The notes below the pieces were generated by a model. That model did no database searches. It had not been told where the DNA came from and saw nothing but the letters and a program-made list of their open reading frames with translations. DNA of 64,000 nt, taken from positions 130,760,001 through 130,824,000 of the forward strand of contig NC_058368.1 of the NCBI RefSeq assembly GCF_018350175.1, written 5' to 3'. Shown here in pieces: positions 1-13,351 of this stretch. Each line of letters begins with the position of its first letter. The first letter of the stretch is position 1. Source of the stretch: Felis catus (taxonomy: Eukaryota). The translations under genes were made by a program, and so were the position numbers.

Positions 1-69
1 TACTGTGTTGACTTTGTTCTCAACTAAACCTATATTCAATCAACTTTACCAATTGAAAGAGGCAAGGGA

Positions 70-751
70 AAAAATAAAAAATGAACTAAAGAGACCTCAT
101 CAAGATAAAAAGCTTCTGCACAGTGAAGGAAACAATCAGCAAAACTAAAAGGCAAACTACAAAATGGGAGAAGATATTTGCAAATGACATACCCGAAAAA
201 GGATTAATATCAAAAATTTATAAAGAACTCCTCAAACTCAACACCCAAAAAACAAATAATCCAGTGAAAAAATGGGGAAAAGACATGAATAAACACTTTC
301 CCAAAGAAGACATCAAATGGCTAACCGATACATGAAAAAAATGCTCAACATCACTCACCATCAGGGAAATACAAATCAAAACCACAATAAAGTACCACCT
401 CACACTGTAAGAGTGACTAACATTAACAACTCAGGCAACAACAGATATTGGCAAGGACGCTGAGAAAGAGGAACCCTTATGCATTGCTGGTGGGATTGCA
501 AACTGGTACAGCCACTCTGGAAAACAGTATGGAGGTTCCTCAAAAAATTAAAAATAGAACTACCCTTTGACCCAGCAACTGCACTACTAGGTATTTATCC
601 AAGGGATACAGGAGAATTGATTCAAAGGGGCACATGCATCCCAATTTTTATAGCAGCACTATTGACAATAGCCAAAGTATGCAAAAAGTTCTAATGTCCA
701 TCAACTGATGAAGGGATAAAAAAAAAAAGTGTATGTACACACACACACACA

Positions 752-793
<42 letters not shown>

Positions 794-1035
794 GAACTAT
801 TACTCAGTGATCAAAAAGAATGAAAAAATGCCATTTGCAACAATGTGCATAGAACTAGAGTGTATTATGCTAAGCGAAATTAGGCAGAGAAAGACAAATA
901 TCAATGATTTCACTTGTATATGGAATTTAAGAAACAAAACAGATGAATATAAGGGAAGGGAAGCAAAAATGATATAAACACAGAGAGGTTGACAAACCAT
1001 AAGACAGTCTTAAATACAGAGAACAGAAACACAGA
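70..1035 (+). mobile_element. LINE-1 3' fragment (ORF2 C-terminus + 3' UTR), carnivore type
   Basis: ORFs [21 protein letters not shown] and [32 protein letters not shown] are L1 ORF2 C-terminal motifs. Confidence 0.95.
736..790. repeat. (CA)n microsatellite inside L1
   Basis: visible CA array. Confidence 0.95.
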
Positions 1036-1089
1036 AAAGTGTTTCATGAAATAGTTTAATGATATTCTATAGCTGTTAAAAACACGAGC

Positions 1090-1480
1090 CTTCATACTGA
1101 AATTCCCCAGTAAATTACAAATAAGATGACCAAAGAAAGACCTATCCTAAACATATTAACATAATATTTTACAATCCCATGGATTAAAAAGATCCAGTAA
1201 CTTCCAAAAAAAAAAACACCAAAAACACAACACAATCGAAAAGAATGAGAATCAGACAAACATCATATTTATCATCGCCAAAACTGAACGTTAGAAGGCA
1301 AGTGAAAACATCTTCATAGTACCTGGAGAAAATTAATTTCAATCTGGATTTTTTGCCAAGCAAAATTACTATTCATATGTGAAGACAAATATGTTTCAGG
1401 CATGGAAAATACTAAGAAACTTTCTCTGTCAGTATTCCTCAGGCAATGTCTTGAGAATTAACACTAATGAGGAAAACACA
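1090..1480 (+). mobile_element. ancient L1M/HAL1 ORF1 fragment
   Basis: agaatcagac...aaactgaacgttagaaggcaagtgaaaacatcttc resembles old L1/HAL1 ORF1 3' part. Confidence 0.6.
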
Positions 1481-1691
1481 AAAGATACAGGATAAGCTAA
1501 AAGCTTATCCTGTTCTTACTAACAGGAGGAAATTTGACTTGATTATAGCTTCACAATCATCAAGCTTTAATGCAAACTCAAAGTAAACTGGGAAAAAAAT
1601 CACCATCACCATTAAACAAGAGAGGCTGCTCAGAAAAGCAAACCAAATTTTCACTAACTATTGTGAATAGGTAATACCAAAAACCTAGTTA

Positions 1692-2424
1692 ATTTTTTAA
1701 ATATAATTTATTGTCAGCTTGGTTTCATACAACACCCAGTGCTCATCGCAACAAGTGTCCTCCTCCATGCCTATCACCCACTTTCCCCTCTCTCCCCCCC
1801 CCCCCATCAACTCTCAGTTTGTTCTCAGTCCTTAAGAGTCTCTTATGGTTTGCTTCCTTCCCTCTCTGTAACTTTTCTTTCCCCACTTCCCTTCCCCCAT
1901 GGTCTTCTGTTAAGTTTCTCAAGATCCACATAAGAGTGAAAACATATGGTATCTGTCTTTCTCCGCTTGACTTATTTCACTTAGCATAATACCCTCAAGG
2001 TCCATCCATGTTGCTGCAAATAGCCAGATTTCATTCTTTCTCATTGCCAAGTAGTATTCCATTGTATATATAAACCACATCGTCTTTACCCATTCGTCAG
2101 TTGATAAACATTTAGGCTTTTTCCATAATTTGGTTATTGTTGAAAGTGCTGCTATAAACATTGAGGTACAAGTGCCCCTCTGCATCAACACTCCTGTATC
2201 CCTTGGGTAAATTCCTAGCAGTGCTATTGCTAGGTCAGAGGGTAGATCTGTTTTTAATTTTTTGAGGTACCTCCACCCTATTTTCCAGAGGGGCTGCACC
2301 AGTTTGCATTCCCACCAATAGTGCAAGAGGGTTCCCATTTGTCCACATCCTCGCCAGCATCTATAGTCTCCTGACTTGTTCATTTTAGCCACTCTGACCA
2401 GCGTGAGGTGGTACTCAGTGTGGT
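1692..2424 (-). mobile_element. 5'-truncated relatively young LINE-1 (3' end)
   Basis: open ORF2 C-terminus 1919-2424 ([30 protein letters not shown]), T-rich tail at left, possible TSD gttaatt 1688-1694/2423-2429. Confidence 0.95.
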
Positions 2425-2552
2425 TAATTCTTATTAAAAGTAATCCCAGCACCGTTTTATGCAGCCGTCTATTCACAGAAGTAACACTTCTTCCTTGGGA
2501 AAATCCTATGAAAATCCTAGATGTTGATTCTAGGAAATACTGCCCTAACTTC
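2423..2552 (-). pseudogene. candidate exon interrupted by L1
   Basis: acceptor tttccatttatag|G at 2552; one frame open (KLGQYFLESTSRIFIGFSQGRSVTSVNRRLHKTVLGLLLIRIN) up to the L1 junction. Confidence 0.3.
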
Positions 2553-2607
2553 CTATAAATGGAAACCCTTTGTTCTACTGTGTCATAGATGATGAGCTTA
2601 GATACTG

Positions 2608-2822
2608 ACTTTTAAAAAATATTTATTTGTTTTTGAGAGAGAGAGACAGACAGACAGAACATGAGTGGGGGAGGGGCAGAGAGAGAGAGGGAGACACAGA
2701 ATCCGAAGCAGGCTACAGGCTGTTAGAACAAAGCCTGATGTGGGGCTCAAACTCAGGAGACATGAGATCATGACCTGAGCTGAAGTCAGACGCTTAACCA
2801 ACTGAGCCACTCAGGAGCCCCT
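2608..2822 (-). mobile_element. SINEC (Can-SINE)
   Basis: tRNA-derived head, (CT)n tract, A tail on minus strand. Confidence 0.95.
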
Positions 2823-3008
2823 GGAGATTTAGAACATTTTATATTCATCTGTTTCCAGAGTGGGAGTCTAATATAATGATATACATTTTTTAAAAATGTA
2901 ACATATCAGATATCAAATAAGAAACTCCACAAACTCAACAGATGCCTGCAAGTAATCTCCAGAAACTAAAGAGGTTAGGTTTAAAAGTTTCCCATTTATT
3001 TATCATAC

Positions 3009-3063
3009 CAGGGAACTTAAGTCTTTTCCAGTGAAGGTAAACAAGTTCATTAGAAGCTTTCTC
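3009..3063 (-). pseudogene. candidate exon, 55 nt
   Basis: ctcattttatag|G...CTG|gtatga; open as RKLLMNLFTFTGKDLSSL, phase-compatible with exon 3396-3540. Confidence 0.5.
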
Positions 3064-3395
3064 CTATAAAATGAGGATGTCCACACACTCATCAAAGAGC
3101 AGATGGAAGTTCTGTGAACTCCAACCCTATAACACTCCTCTGTGCCCTCTTAGCAAACTAACGCATCTCTTATACTACCACATAATTTTTTATTTCAAAC
3201 AGTCTACTTATTTTCCAACACTCTGTCTAGCATGATTTAAATTAAACAACAGAGATTGTTTTCTGTTCTTTATTTGCTTCCTTAACAAGCAGTTTTGAAG
3301 ATATGGGAAAGATCTAGAGAATACCTCTAAGTGTTTAGTAGCATCAGAGAAACCATTTGGGCCTGGGGATTTCTGAAGGGGCTACCTACTCTCAC

Positions 3396-3540
3396 CTGTT
3401 GTATAACTTGCAGAAAGTTTTATTTATTAGTTGTAGAACCATTTCCCACAATAGAACCACAAGTCAGTACCCTAAGTGAAGAATTAGCTGTGCTGCACTC
3501 ATTAATGCTGATGAAGGTGGCACAGTTCCATCACATTGTA
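3396..3540 (-). pseudogene. candidate exon, 145 nt, one in-frame stop
   Basis: taattcttttcag|T...CAG|gtgaga; QCDGTVPPSSALMSAAQLILHLGY*LVVLLWEMVLQLINKTFCKLYN, TGA at 3464-3466. Confidence 0.55.
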
Positions 3541-3559
3541 CTGAAAAGAATTACAGCTC

Positions 3560-3727
3560 GGAGCGCCTGGGTGGCTCAGTTGGTTGAGCCTCCAACTTCC
3601 CCTCAGGTCATGATCTCACAGTCTGTGTGTTTGAGCCCTGCGTTGGGCTCTGTGCTGACAGCTCAGGGCCTGGAGCCTGCTTTGGATTCTGTGTCTCCCT
3701 CTCTCTCTGACCCTCCCCCGCTCATGC

Positions 3728-3762
<35 letters not shown>

Positions 3763-3797
3763 GTCAAAAATCAATAAACATTAAAAAAATTTAAGAA
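3560..3797 (+). mobile_element. SINEC
   Basis: Can-SINE body; TSD aattacagctc on both sides. Confidence 0.95.
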
Positions 3798-4429
3798 AAT
3801 AATTACAGCTCTTACGAGTTCTTAGTTTTGTAAATTGGTCAGGAGGGATAGTACAATGATGTGGGTGCTTGTGTGTGTTTCCACGAGAGTTGCATTTCAC
3901 AAAGAGTAAATATTTAGTTTAAGCCTCATATATATAAACAATTTCTTTTGTGGAATACAAAAGCCAGACATGTTTATTTCTCTTCATATAAGGGATCCAT
4001 TTAAGGCTGTTACTTTTATTTATCCATCTAAATTTTCCAAAGGAAAGAAGATATTGGTAGGGACTACTTCTGTCATAAGTGAAGTGATTACAAAGTTTTC
4101 CATTTGCTCTCCAACAGTAAGGTTTTAAAGTGTTTTCATTTTATTTTAGATGTGTCAATTTTATTTGTGAATCCAACTGATCTACTCCCTTCCAGTGAAA
4201 GTATCTTGTCAGTCAAAGCTTAGAGGAGTACCATAAGTAACAAAAACACAATTTTAACAAATAATACATGTTTACTAATGTGATGGAGGTTACAACTCTA
4301 AGACACTATACATGCATTGGTGTATAATCAAGAATAACAGAATTGGCATAGAATCAGCATATAATAAAGAAGAGAAACATTTTGACATTACCAAAACAGT
4401 TACAGTGAACATGAAAACACAAACATGTG

Positions 4430-4430
4430 A

Positions 4431-4474
<44 letters not shown>

Positions 4475-4477
4475 ACC
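4430..4477. repeat. (CA)n microsatellite
   Basis: visible array. Confidence 0.95.
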
Positions 4478-4641
4478 CATAAACATTGTCAATAGTACAG
4501 TATACTTAATTAAAATCCAGTTCTTTCCACAGAGGTAAAAAGCTGCCATCAAAAATCCAATACTGTTTGTTTGCATTGGTTTTTAAGGAGACAAAAAGGT
4601 AAAAGGAGAAAACTTTTTATCCACCTCAATTAACTACTCAC

Positions 4642-4719
4642 TATTATCAGTATCAATGTTGAAACAAGGTTGATAGCACCATGATAATCTGCCTGTTGTG
4701 GTAGTTCAACTGTTTTACC
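4642..4719 (-). pseudogene. candidate exon, 78 nt, open
   Basis: tttattgtcctag|G...ATA|gtgagt; GKTVELPQQADYHGAINLVSTLILII, phase 0-0. Confidence 0.5.
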
Positions 4720-5074
4720 CTAGGACAATAAACTATATCTAAAGTTTTTGAAGATATGGGGTAATATAGATTTTTATGCTGGAAAACCAAGGTTACCCTG
4801 CTCACTTTTGTACCAAAACTTAAATCATCAAACTGTGAGATATGATATACTTTAACAAAGAAATTCATTTGTCTTATTTTTCCTCAGGGAGTTGACATAA
4901 ACCGGTTTTTTTCTAGTTTATTTTTTAACATAATATATTACAAGACTATTAAAGCTTTTGATACCTCCTGGAAATTTTCACATTTGTGAAAGTCAGTTGA
5001 CCTCTCTAGGCCTTGGTTCCTTCATGTATATATAAAGAGATCATTCTAGACTTCTGAAAGTTACCTTCTATTAC

Positions 5075-8000
5075 TTCTAGACTCTCAGGTTGTAGGAACT
5101 CCAAGTCCCTAAAAGGGAAACCCAAGGGGGTTCACACCAAGACACTAAAAAGACAGCAAGGAATGATAAAGGGAAAATTTTAAAAGCAAGAGAAAAGAAA
5201 ACAGTCACACACAAGGGAAATCCCATAAAGCTATCAGATGTTTTAGCAGAAATTCTATAGGCCAGAGGGAATGGCATGATATATTCAAAGTGCTAGAAGA
5301 AAAAAACCCTACAACCAAGAATACTCTACCCAGCAAGGCTATCACCAGAATAGAGATGATAAAGAGTTTCTCAGACAAACAAGAGTGGAAGGAGTTCCTC
5401 ACAAATAAGCCAGTCCTATTACTAATGTTAAAGGGATGTCATTAAAGGGAAAGGGCCATAACTAGAAGAAATTTCTGAAAGGAAACAAATTTACAGGTGA
5501 AAGTAAACATAAATATAGTTGATTAATTAATCACTTATAAAGCCAGTAGGGAAGTTAAAACACATACACTAAGTAAATTATATCTAACAAACATTAGTTG
5601 AGGGATACACAAGATAAAAAGATGTAAAATGAGACACATAAATAAAACATGTAGGGAGGAATAAAAATGTAATGCTTTTACAATGTGTTAAAAATTAAGT
5701 GACCATCAACTCAAGGTAGACTATAATGTAAGATGTTATATATGAACCTAATGGTAACCACAAATCAAACCCTAAAGTTGATACACAAAAAATAAAGAAA
5801 TTTAAGCATAATACTAAAGACAATAATCAAACCACAATAGAAGAGAGTAAGAAAAGACAAAGAAGAACTACAAAAACAACCAGTAAACAATTCACAAAAT
5901 GGCAATAAATACCTAGTTATAAATAATTTAACTATAAATGGAATAAATGTTCTAATAAAAGACATAAGGAGAATGAATGTATTTAAAAACAAACAAAAAA
6001 AACAAGACCCATCTATGCTGCTGACAAGAGACTCACTTCAGTCCTAAAGACACATACAGGCTTAAAGTGAAGAGATAAAAAAACATCCATCACGCAAATG
6101 GAAAAAATAATATAATAATTAATTAAAAAACAGGGATAGAAATACTTATACAAAATAGTTTAAAACAAAGACTATAGAAAGAGACAAAGAAGGGCACTAT
6201 GTAATGATAAAAGAAATAATCTAACAAGAGGATATACAACTGTAAATCTCTGTGCACACAATAGAAGGGTGCCTGAATACATAAAGCAAATATTAACAGA
6301 CATAAAGGGAGAAATGGACAATAATGCGCTAATAGTAGGGCACTTTAACATCCCAGTTACATCAGTGTATACATCATGTGGACAGAAAAGCAACAAGGAA
6401 ACTGAAATTTTATATGACTAGATTTACCTAACAGATATATACAGAACACTCCATCCCAAACCAGAATATACATTCTTTTTAAGTGTACATGCAATATTCT
6501 CCAGTATAGATCATGTTAGGATGAAACAAGTCTTAGTAAATTTAACAAGACTCAAATCATAGCAAGCATTTTTTCCAGCTGCAATGGTATGAAACTAAAA
6601 ATGAATTTTAAGAAAACAACCTGGAAAAAAAAAAACATAATATATGCAAGTGAAACAACGTGCTACTAAACAACCAATGGCTCCATGAAGCAATCAAAGT
6701 GGAAATAAAAAAATACATAAAGATGAATGGAAATGAAAACACAATATTCCAAGTGTTTGAGACATAATAGCAGTTCTAAGAAGGAAGTTTATAGCAATAC
6801 AGGCCTTTGCCAAAAAACAGGAAAAGTCTCAAATAAACAACTTAACTTATACCTAAAGAAGCTAGAACGAGAGAATAAACCCTAAAGCAACAGCAGAAGG
6901 AAATAAAGATTAGAGTGGAAATAAATTAGAGACTATGACAAAGCAGTAGAAAAGATCAATGAAACCAAGAGTTGATTCTTTGAAAAGATAAACAAAATTA
7001 ATAAACCTTTAGCCAGACTTCTCAAGAAAAAAGAGTGGGTACTCAAATAAATGAAATCAGAAATAAAGGAGAAATACAAAGAATTATGAGAATATTATGA
7101 AAAACTTTATGCCAACAAATTGGACAGTCTAGGAGAAATTTTAAAAAATTCCTAGAAACCTAAAATTTTCCAAAACTTAATTGGTAAGAAATAGAAAATT
7201 TGAACAGACATATTACTAGTAACAAAATTGATTTCATAATCAAAGAACTCAACAAACAAAAGTCTAGGACCAGAAGGCGTCACAGGTGAATTCTAACAAA
7301 CATGTAGTGAAGAAATTGTATCTATTCTCACACTATTGCAAAAAGATTAAAAAAGGAGTGACAACTTCCAAATTCATTCTAGGAGGCCAGCGTTACCCTG
7401 ATACCAAAAGAGGACAAATGCCAAAACAGGAAACTACAGCCATTATCTTTGATGAACACGTATTCAAAAATATTCAACCAAATAGTAACAAGCCAATTTC
7501 AACAATACATTAAAACAATCATTTGCTACAATCAAGTGGGATTATTCCAGGGAGGCAAACCTGGTTCAATATTCAACAATCAGTGTGATATTACATTAAC
7601 AAGATAAAGGATAAAAAATATATGATCATTTCAGTAGATACAAAAGAAGCATTTGACAAAATAAAACATTTTTTATGATAAAAAGCCTCAGTAAAATGGG
7701 TTTAGAGGGTACAAACTTCAACATAATTAAAGCCACATATGAAACATTCATAGCTAACAACATACTGTATGATGAAAAACTGAAAGCTTTTCCTCCAAGA
7801 ATAGAAACAAGACAAGGATGCCCATTCTCAACACAGTAATTCAGCACAGTCCTGGAAGTCCTAGCTGTAGGAATTAGACGAGAAATAAAAGGCATTCAAC
7901 TTGATAAGGAAGAGGAAAAACTGTCACTATATGTAGATGATGACGTGATACTTTATAAACAGAACTCTAAAGATTCCACCAAAGGTATTATAATTCATAA

Positions 8001-9935
8001 ATGAGTTCAGTAAAGTTGAAGGATATAAGTCTTAATATAAAGAAATCAGCTATATTTCTACACACTAATAACCAAGTATCAGAAAGAGAAATTATCTCAT
8101 TTATATTTGCATCACAATGCAAAAAGACCTGTACTTTGAAAACTGTAAGATATTAATGAAAGAAATTGACGATAACATAAATACATGGAAAATATAACAT
8201 ACTCACTTATTGGAAGAATTAAATATTGTAAAAATGCCCCAACTATCCAAAGCAATCTATAGATTCAATGCAATTCCTATAAATATACCAACAGCATTTT
8301 TCACAGAACTAGAACATATAATCCTAAAATTTGTATGAAACTGCAGAAGACCCCCAATAGCCAAAGCAACCTTGAGAAAGAAGAACAAAGCTGAAGATAT
8401 CACAATCCCAGATTACAAAATATACTACAAATCTGTGATAATTCAAAGAGTTTGGTACTGGCCCCAAAATACATACATAGATCAATGGACAGGATAGAGA
8501 TCCCAGAAATAAACCCACACGTATATGGTCAATTAACCTGCAATTAAGGAGGAAACAACATACGATGGGAGAAAAGACAGTCTCTTCAATAAATGGTATT
8601 GGAAAAATGGGACAGATAAATGAAGAAGAATGAAACTGTACCCTGTTCTTATACCAAACACAGAAATAAAATCAAAGTGGATTAAAGACTTAAATGTGAT
8701 ATCGAAAACCATAAAACTCCTAAAAGAAAACATAGGCAGTACGCTCTTGGACACCAACCCTGGCAACATATATATGGGTATGTTTTCTCAGGTAAGGCAA
8801 ACAAAAGCAAAAATAAATAGGACTACATCAAAATAAAACAATTTTTCACAGTGAAGGAAACCATCAATAAAATGAAAGGACAACCTACTGAATGGGAAAA
8901 GATATTTACAAAGTGATATACAACGTAGGGGTTCACATACAAAGTATATAAAAACTTTTACAATTTAACACAAAAAATAAAACCTGATTAAAAATGGGCA
9001 GAGGACCCAAATAGACATTTTTCTAAAGAAGACACAGACAATGTCAACAGGCACATGAAGAGGTATTCAATCATCAGGGAAATGCAAATCAAAACCACAA
9101 TGAGGTATCAAACCACTCAGAAAGACTAGTATACAAAGATAAGAAATAGCAAATATTCGTTAGGCTGCGTAGAAAGGGAACCTTTATGCACTGCTGGCGG
9201 GAATGTAAATTCGTGCAACCACTATAGAAAAGAGTATGGAGATTCCTCCAAAAATTAAAAATAGAAATATCATATGACCCAGTAATTCCAATACTGTGTA
9301 TTTACCCAAATTAAAAAAAAAAAAAACACTAATTTGAAAGGATACACACATTCCTAAGTTTAGTGTGGCTTTATTTACTGTAGCCAAGGTATGGAAAGAA
9401 ATCAATTGTCCATCAATAGAAGAACGGATAAAGAAGATGTGCCACACACACACATAATGGAACACTGCTTAGCCAAAGAGAGTCAGAGAGAGGGAGAGAG
9501 ATCAATCTTGCTACTTGGGACCACATAAATGCACCTAGAAGGTATTATGCTAAATGAAATCAGAGGGAGAAAAATGAATACCATATGACTTCACTTATAT
9601 GTGAAATTCAAAAAACAAAACAAAAAAACAAAAAACACACTCTTAAATACAGTGAACAAACTAGTATTTGCCAGACAGGAGGAGGTGGATGGGAAGGTGG
9701 GCAAAACAGATAAAGGAGTTAAGAGGTACAACTTCCATTTATAAAATAATTAAGTCACAGAAATGAAAGGCGCAGCATGGGGAATATAGTTATTCATATT
9801 GTAAGAACACCGTATGACATATGGTAACTAGCCTAACAGTCGTGAGCATTGAGTAATGACAGAATTGTCAATTTAGTATGTTGTACACATGAAACTAATA
9901 TAACATTGTATGTCAATTACACTTAAATAAAAAAA
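5075..9935 (+). mobile_element. degraded LINE-1, 4.9 kb (ORF1 3' half, ORF2, 3' UTR)
   Basis: EN region (gagactcacttcag, tagtagggcactttaaca), RT YVDD region near 7930, 3' UTR and A tail near 9930; many stops and frameshifts. Confidence 0.95.
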
Positions 9936-10424
9936 TGTATTAAGAAGGTAAATTGGTTGTTCCACTGAAGCAGTTATTTTTAGATTACATTTTTCACCAT
10001 ATAATCATATTCCACTATCACTAAAATCATCCATACCCCTTGAAGCTCACCCTTGTAATATGAATCCAGGGGTTTAAATTGCTGAGATCATGATACTTAT
10101 CCAGATGGGCTACACAGCTAGTTAGGTCCTGGGAAGCTGGGTTTATAGGCCAAGTCTGATTATATGATGAAGATAATTGCCCTCCTGCTATGAATTTGAA
10201 TAAATGATATAGATGGAATACAGACACATGATAGAGTACCTACTGTATAGGTAATCTCAGTTCACCTGTGACCGACTGTATTTCCCTACTGAGCAGATCT
10301 TGAATCCAGGAGAAACGGTATTCTATCCAGTCCTTCTCCATGTATGATCAGGTTGGGCTCTAAGCCCCAGTAGCCTGTAAAATTCAGCCCTTCGTTCTAT
10401 CATTCTCTATTTAGTTTTTTGAGA

Positions 10425-10663
10425 GTCAGTACTGCCTTGTGGTTAAGGGCATGGATTTTAGAAATAATTGTCGACATTTAAATCATAAATTGCCACCTGT
10501 CAGCTTCTTCCCTTAGCAAGCAACCCTACTCAGCATCTCAATTTTTCTTTTTACAGACAATGAAATAATAGTGTTGCTATGGGATTATTTGAGATGACTC
10601 ATGTGAAGTATTTAGAAACCTCCCTCCACACACAGGAAGCATTCAATGTGTGTTAGTTATTTT
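10425..10663 (+). mobile_element. MIR SINE
   Basis: gtggttaagggcatgga head; gcattcaatgtgtgttagttatt tail. Confidence 0.75.
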
Positions 10664-11464
10664 TACTGATCTCCACTCATGTCATATACGATACGACATT
10701 TATTTGAAGTACTTCAGTATAGACAATCAGCTATTATCTGAGTGTGAAAACCACACTCTAGGACCATTTATTTGCCCTCATCAGGAATTCAGCAGAGGAT
10801 GAACTAGCCATATTCTTCCAACAGCTACTATAGACACTTCAGTTACCTTTTTTCTGGTCATCGTTACCATCAAAGTTAGCTCATTAGAATAATATGTTAC
10901 AATTATAACTGTGTGGGAGAAATTCTGTTAAATAACAAAGTGGTCACTGGTGATGAAATCTCACTGGTGATCTTCAAGATGTGGAAATGGACTGAAATAT
11001 TTTAGGAATAATCCCAGACCTTGCATGAACAGGGATAAGGGTATAGAAAAGACTGCATCCTTCATCTATCCATTTGAGCATGACACCCTAGGCTTCATTC
11101 TTAAATATTTCTTGATGACCTGACTTAGTAAGTTTAGCCTGATCGAACAATGGAATGTTGTCCCATTTGCCTGAAGTACATCTGTCCTGTAAGTTATTTT
11201 TTTTTAACTGGAACTTCAGCAAAATTTTAAGACACATCATATACTTGATTCCTAATACATATTGGCATCTGTGATCAAATGTTCTGAGACTTGCTTTTAC
11301 TGCTGGGAATTACCTTTGCTTGTTTCAAACTGTTGACAGCTATTAATAGTTATCAAAAGAACCCACTGCTTGTGCATAGGTAGAGGAGTTTTGGCCAGTT
11401 TATAACAGCATGCCTCCCTAAGTTAACCAGACTGTTAATTCTTTGAGAACATAAGCCAAAACTT

Positions 11465-11590
11465 ATTTAACATTTGTTTATTCAATAAATATTTATTGAC
11501 AACCTAGTAATTACAAAGTATTATTATGGGTAGTTAGGATCTTCAGATGACTAAATTAAGGTCTTTATTCTCAATAAACTCGCAATTTGG
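11465..11590 (-). mobile_element. L2 3' end fragment
   Basis: ttattcaataaatatttattga L2 tail signature. Confidence 0.6.
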
Positions 11591-11986
11591 CGAACTCTTT
11601 TTTTCTTTATAATTTTTCTTACAATGAGTTGTATAGAACACATTCCTGACAATACTCAGCTAATAGATAGTTGAAAGATACCTTCTCCCCAAAAATTCAT
11701 TTCCTAAAACACATTACCCCTTTCTCCCTCTAAATTCAGGGGAGCTCCTTGAAAATTTTCCTAGTAGATATTCACACATGTTTGTCCTCAACTAAAACTC
11801 ACCAAAATAAAATTGTTTTGTGAAAAAACTGCTCTGTTATAAGCTAACTAGATTGACTGTCCTTGTTTTGATAAAAGATTCATGCAAGAGAACTCAGTTG
11901 TATCTGAAAGCGTTTCCACCAACATAAAATAAAACAGTTCCCTGCATTTTTCCCCTCTAAATTGGATTTTTAAATTTACTTTTTAC

Positions 11987-12347
11987 CTAAGGCCTTTCTG
12001 TCAGAAATCGTTTTTCTTATAAAAGCAATATGTTTTATGCTGATCCTATAATTCATAAGTGCTGTGAAGTGGAAATTGGGAATTAAGGCAAAGTTTAACT
12101 CTAACTTATGATTTTGTTTCCTTATATTTTATTTTTCATGTAATCTAGTACAAAGGGTAACCCTTTGGCAGAGTCGCTCAGTAGATATCAGATTTTGCTT
12201 GACTCTCATTTTGTGATCTTCCTCTTGGGCCCCTTGTTCTCCCCAATGTACTCTGTGATACTTAATAATTGACCAGAGCGACATATCATTCATCAGACCT
12301 TTCCTTTTTCCTCTCTCTTTTAAGATGTAACTTCAGTAGAGTCATTT
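11987..12347 (-). pseudogene. candidate large exon with long near-open frame
   Basis: about 115 codons with one TAA (12129-12131): GLMNDMSLWSIIKYHRVHWGEQG...LHEK*NIRKQNHKLELNFALIP...RKAL; ends TAG|gtaaaa. Confidence 0.4.
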
Positions 12348-12513
12348 CTATATGATAGGTGACAAGGGGTGCTAATATTTTAAATGAGCACATCCTCAGT
12401 GAGGCATCAGCTAACTCATTATTTTTTCTTCCTTGGAAGCAAAGTATTTTAATTCTGTTACAATGGCCTGTTGCCTTAAGAAACCTCTCTCAGCTAGACA
12501 ATTTCTAGTACTT

Positions 12514-12726
12514 AAAATTTTTTTTTTCAACATTTATTTTTGGGACAGAGAGAGACAGAGCATGAACGGGGGAGGGGCAGAGAGAGAGGGAGACACAGAA
12601 TCGGAAACAGGCTCCAGGCTCTGAGCCTTCAGCCCAGAGCCTGACACGGGGCTCGAAGTCACAGACCGCGAGATCGTGACCTGGCTGAAGTCAGACGCTT
12701 AACCGACTGCGCCACCCAGGCGCCCC
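12514..12726 (-). mobile_element. young SINEC_Fc-type SINE
   Basis: CpG-rich; 16-bp TSD acaatttctagtactt. Confidence 0.97.
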
Positions 12727-13351
12727 AACAATTTCTAGTACTTTAGCAAAGAAGCAAAGTATTTTCATGTCAACAGGGACTTTTTTTTTTAACTCCACAA
12801 TAAAATCTTCTCATATTGTCTGCACACATGGATGTAAAAAGTCATGTGGTTTGAGCTTGTGGAAATAGCAGATCCTTGATTAAGGAGAACTCAAAATTCT
12901 ATTTGCAGTTTAAGTCACTTAACAAATGGGAAAATAGTCTTCTAATTGAATTAAAATTAAGTTGTCTTTACAAGCAGTAGTAGAGTAAGTCAGTGGATTA
13001 ATCACAAATTGTATTGATGACAGCTAGTGATAAAACCGATGTGATGGTATCCAACAGGATTTACATATGGCAATACTGAAATAACATATCAAAATCAAAA
13101 AGACCCAGTATTTGAAAAGCTGTAGTCACCCAGAGATGGCTTCCAGAGGGCTTTGTGCACTGACCACTGAATGAAGCATCAGGGCCTCCTATTTGCTTGG
13201 GGTCTAATATATCTAATTTGATTTTAGCTTAGGTATCTTAGCTTTGATTCTCTCAGAAGCACAGAAGAGACAAGAAATCAAGTGCAGTTATTTGATTTAG
13301 GAGGTACAACCTATACCTAGGGGATATGTAAGACAAGCAATAAAGGTTCAG

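Noticed and set aside
3560..3640. tRNA-like A/B boxes as tRNA genes
   Set aside because: They are tRNA-derived SINEC heads followed by a CT tract and A tail
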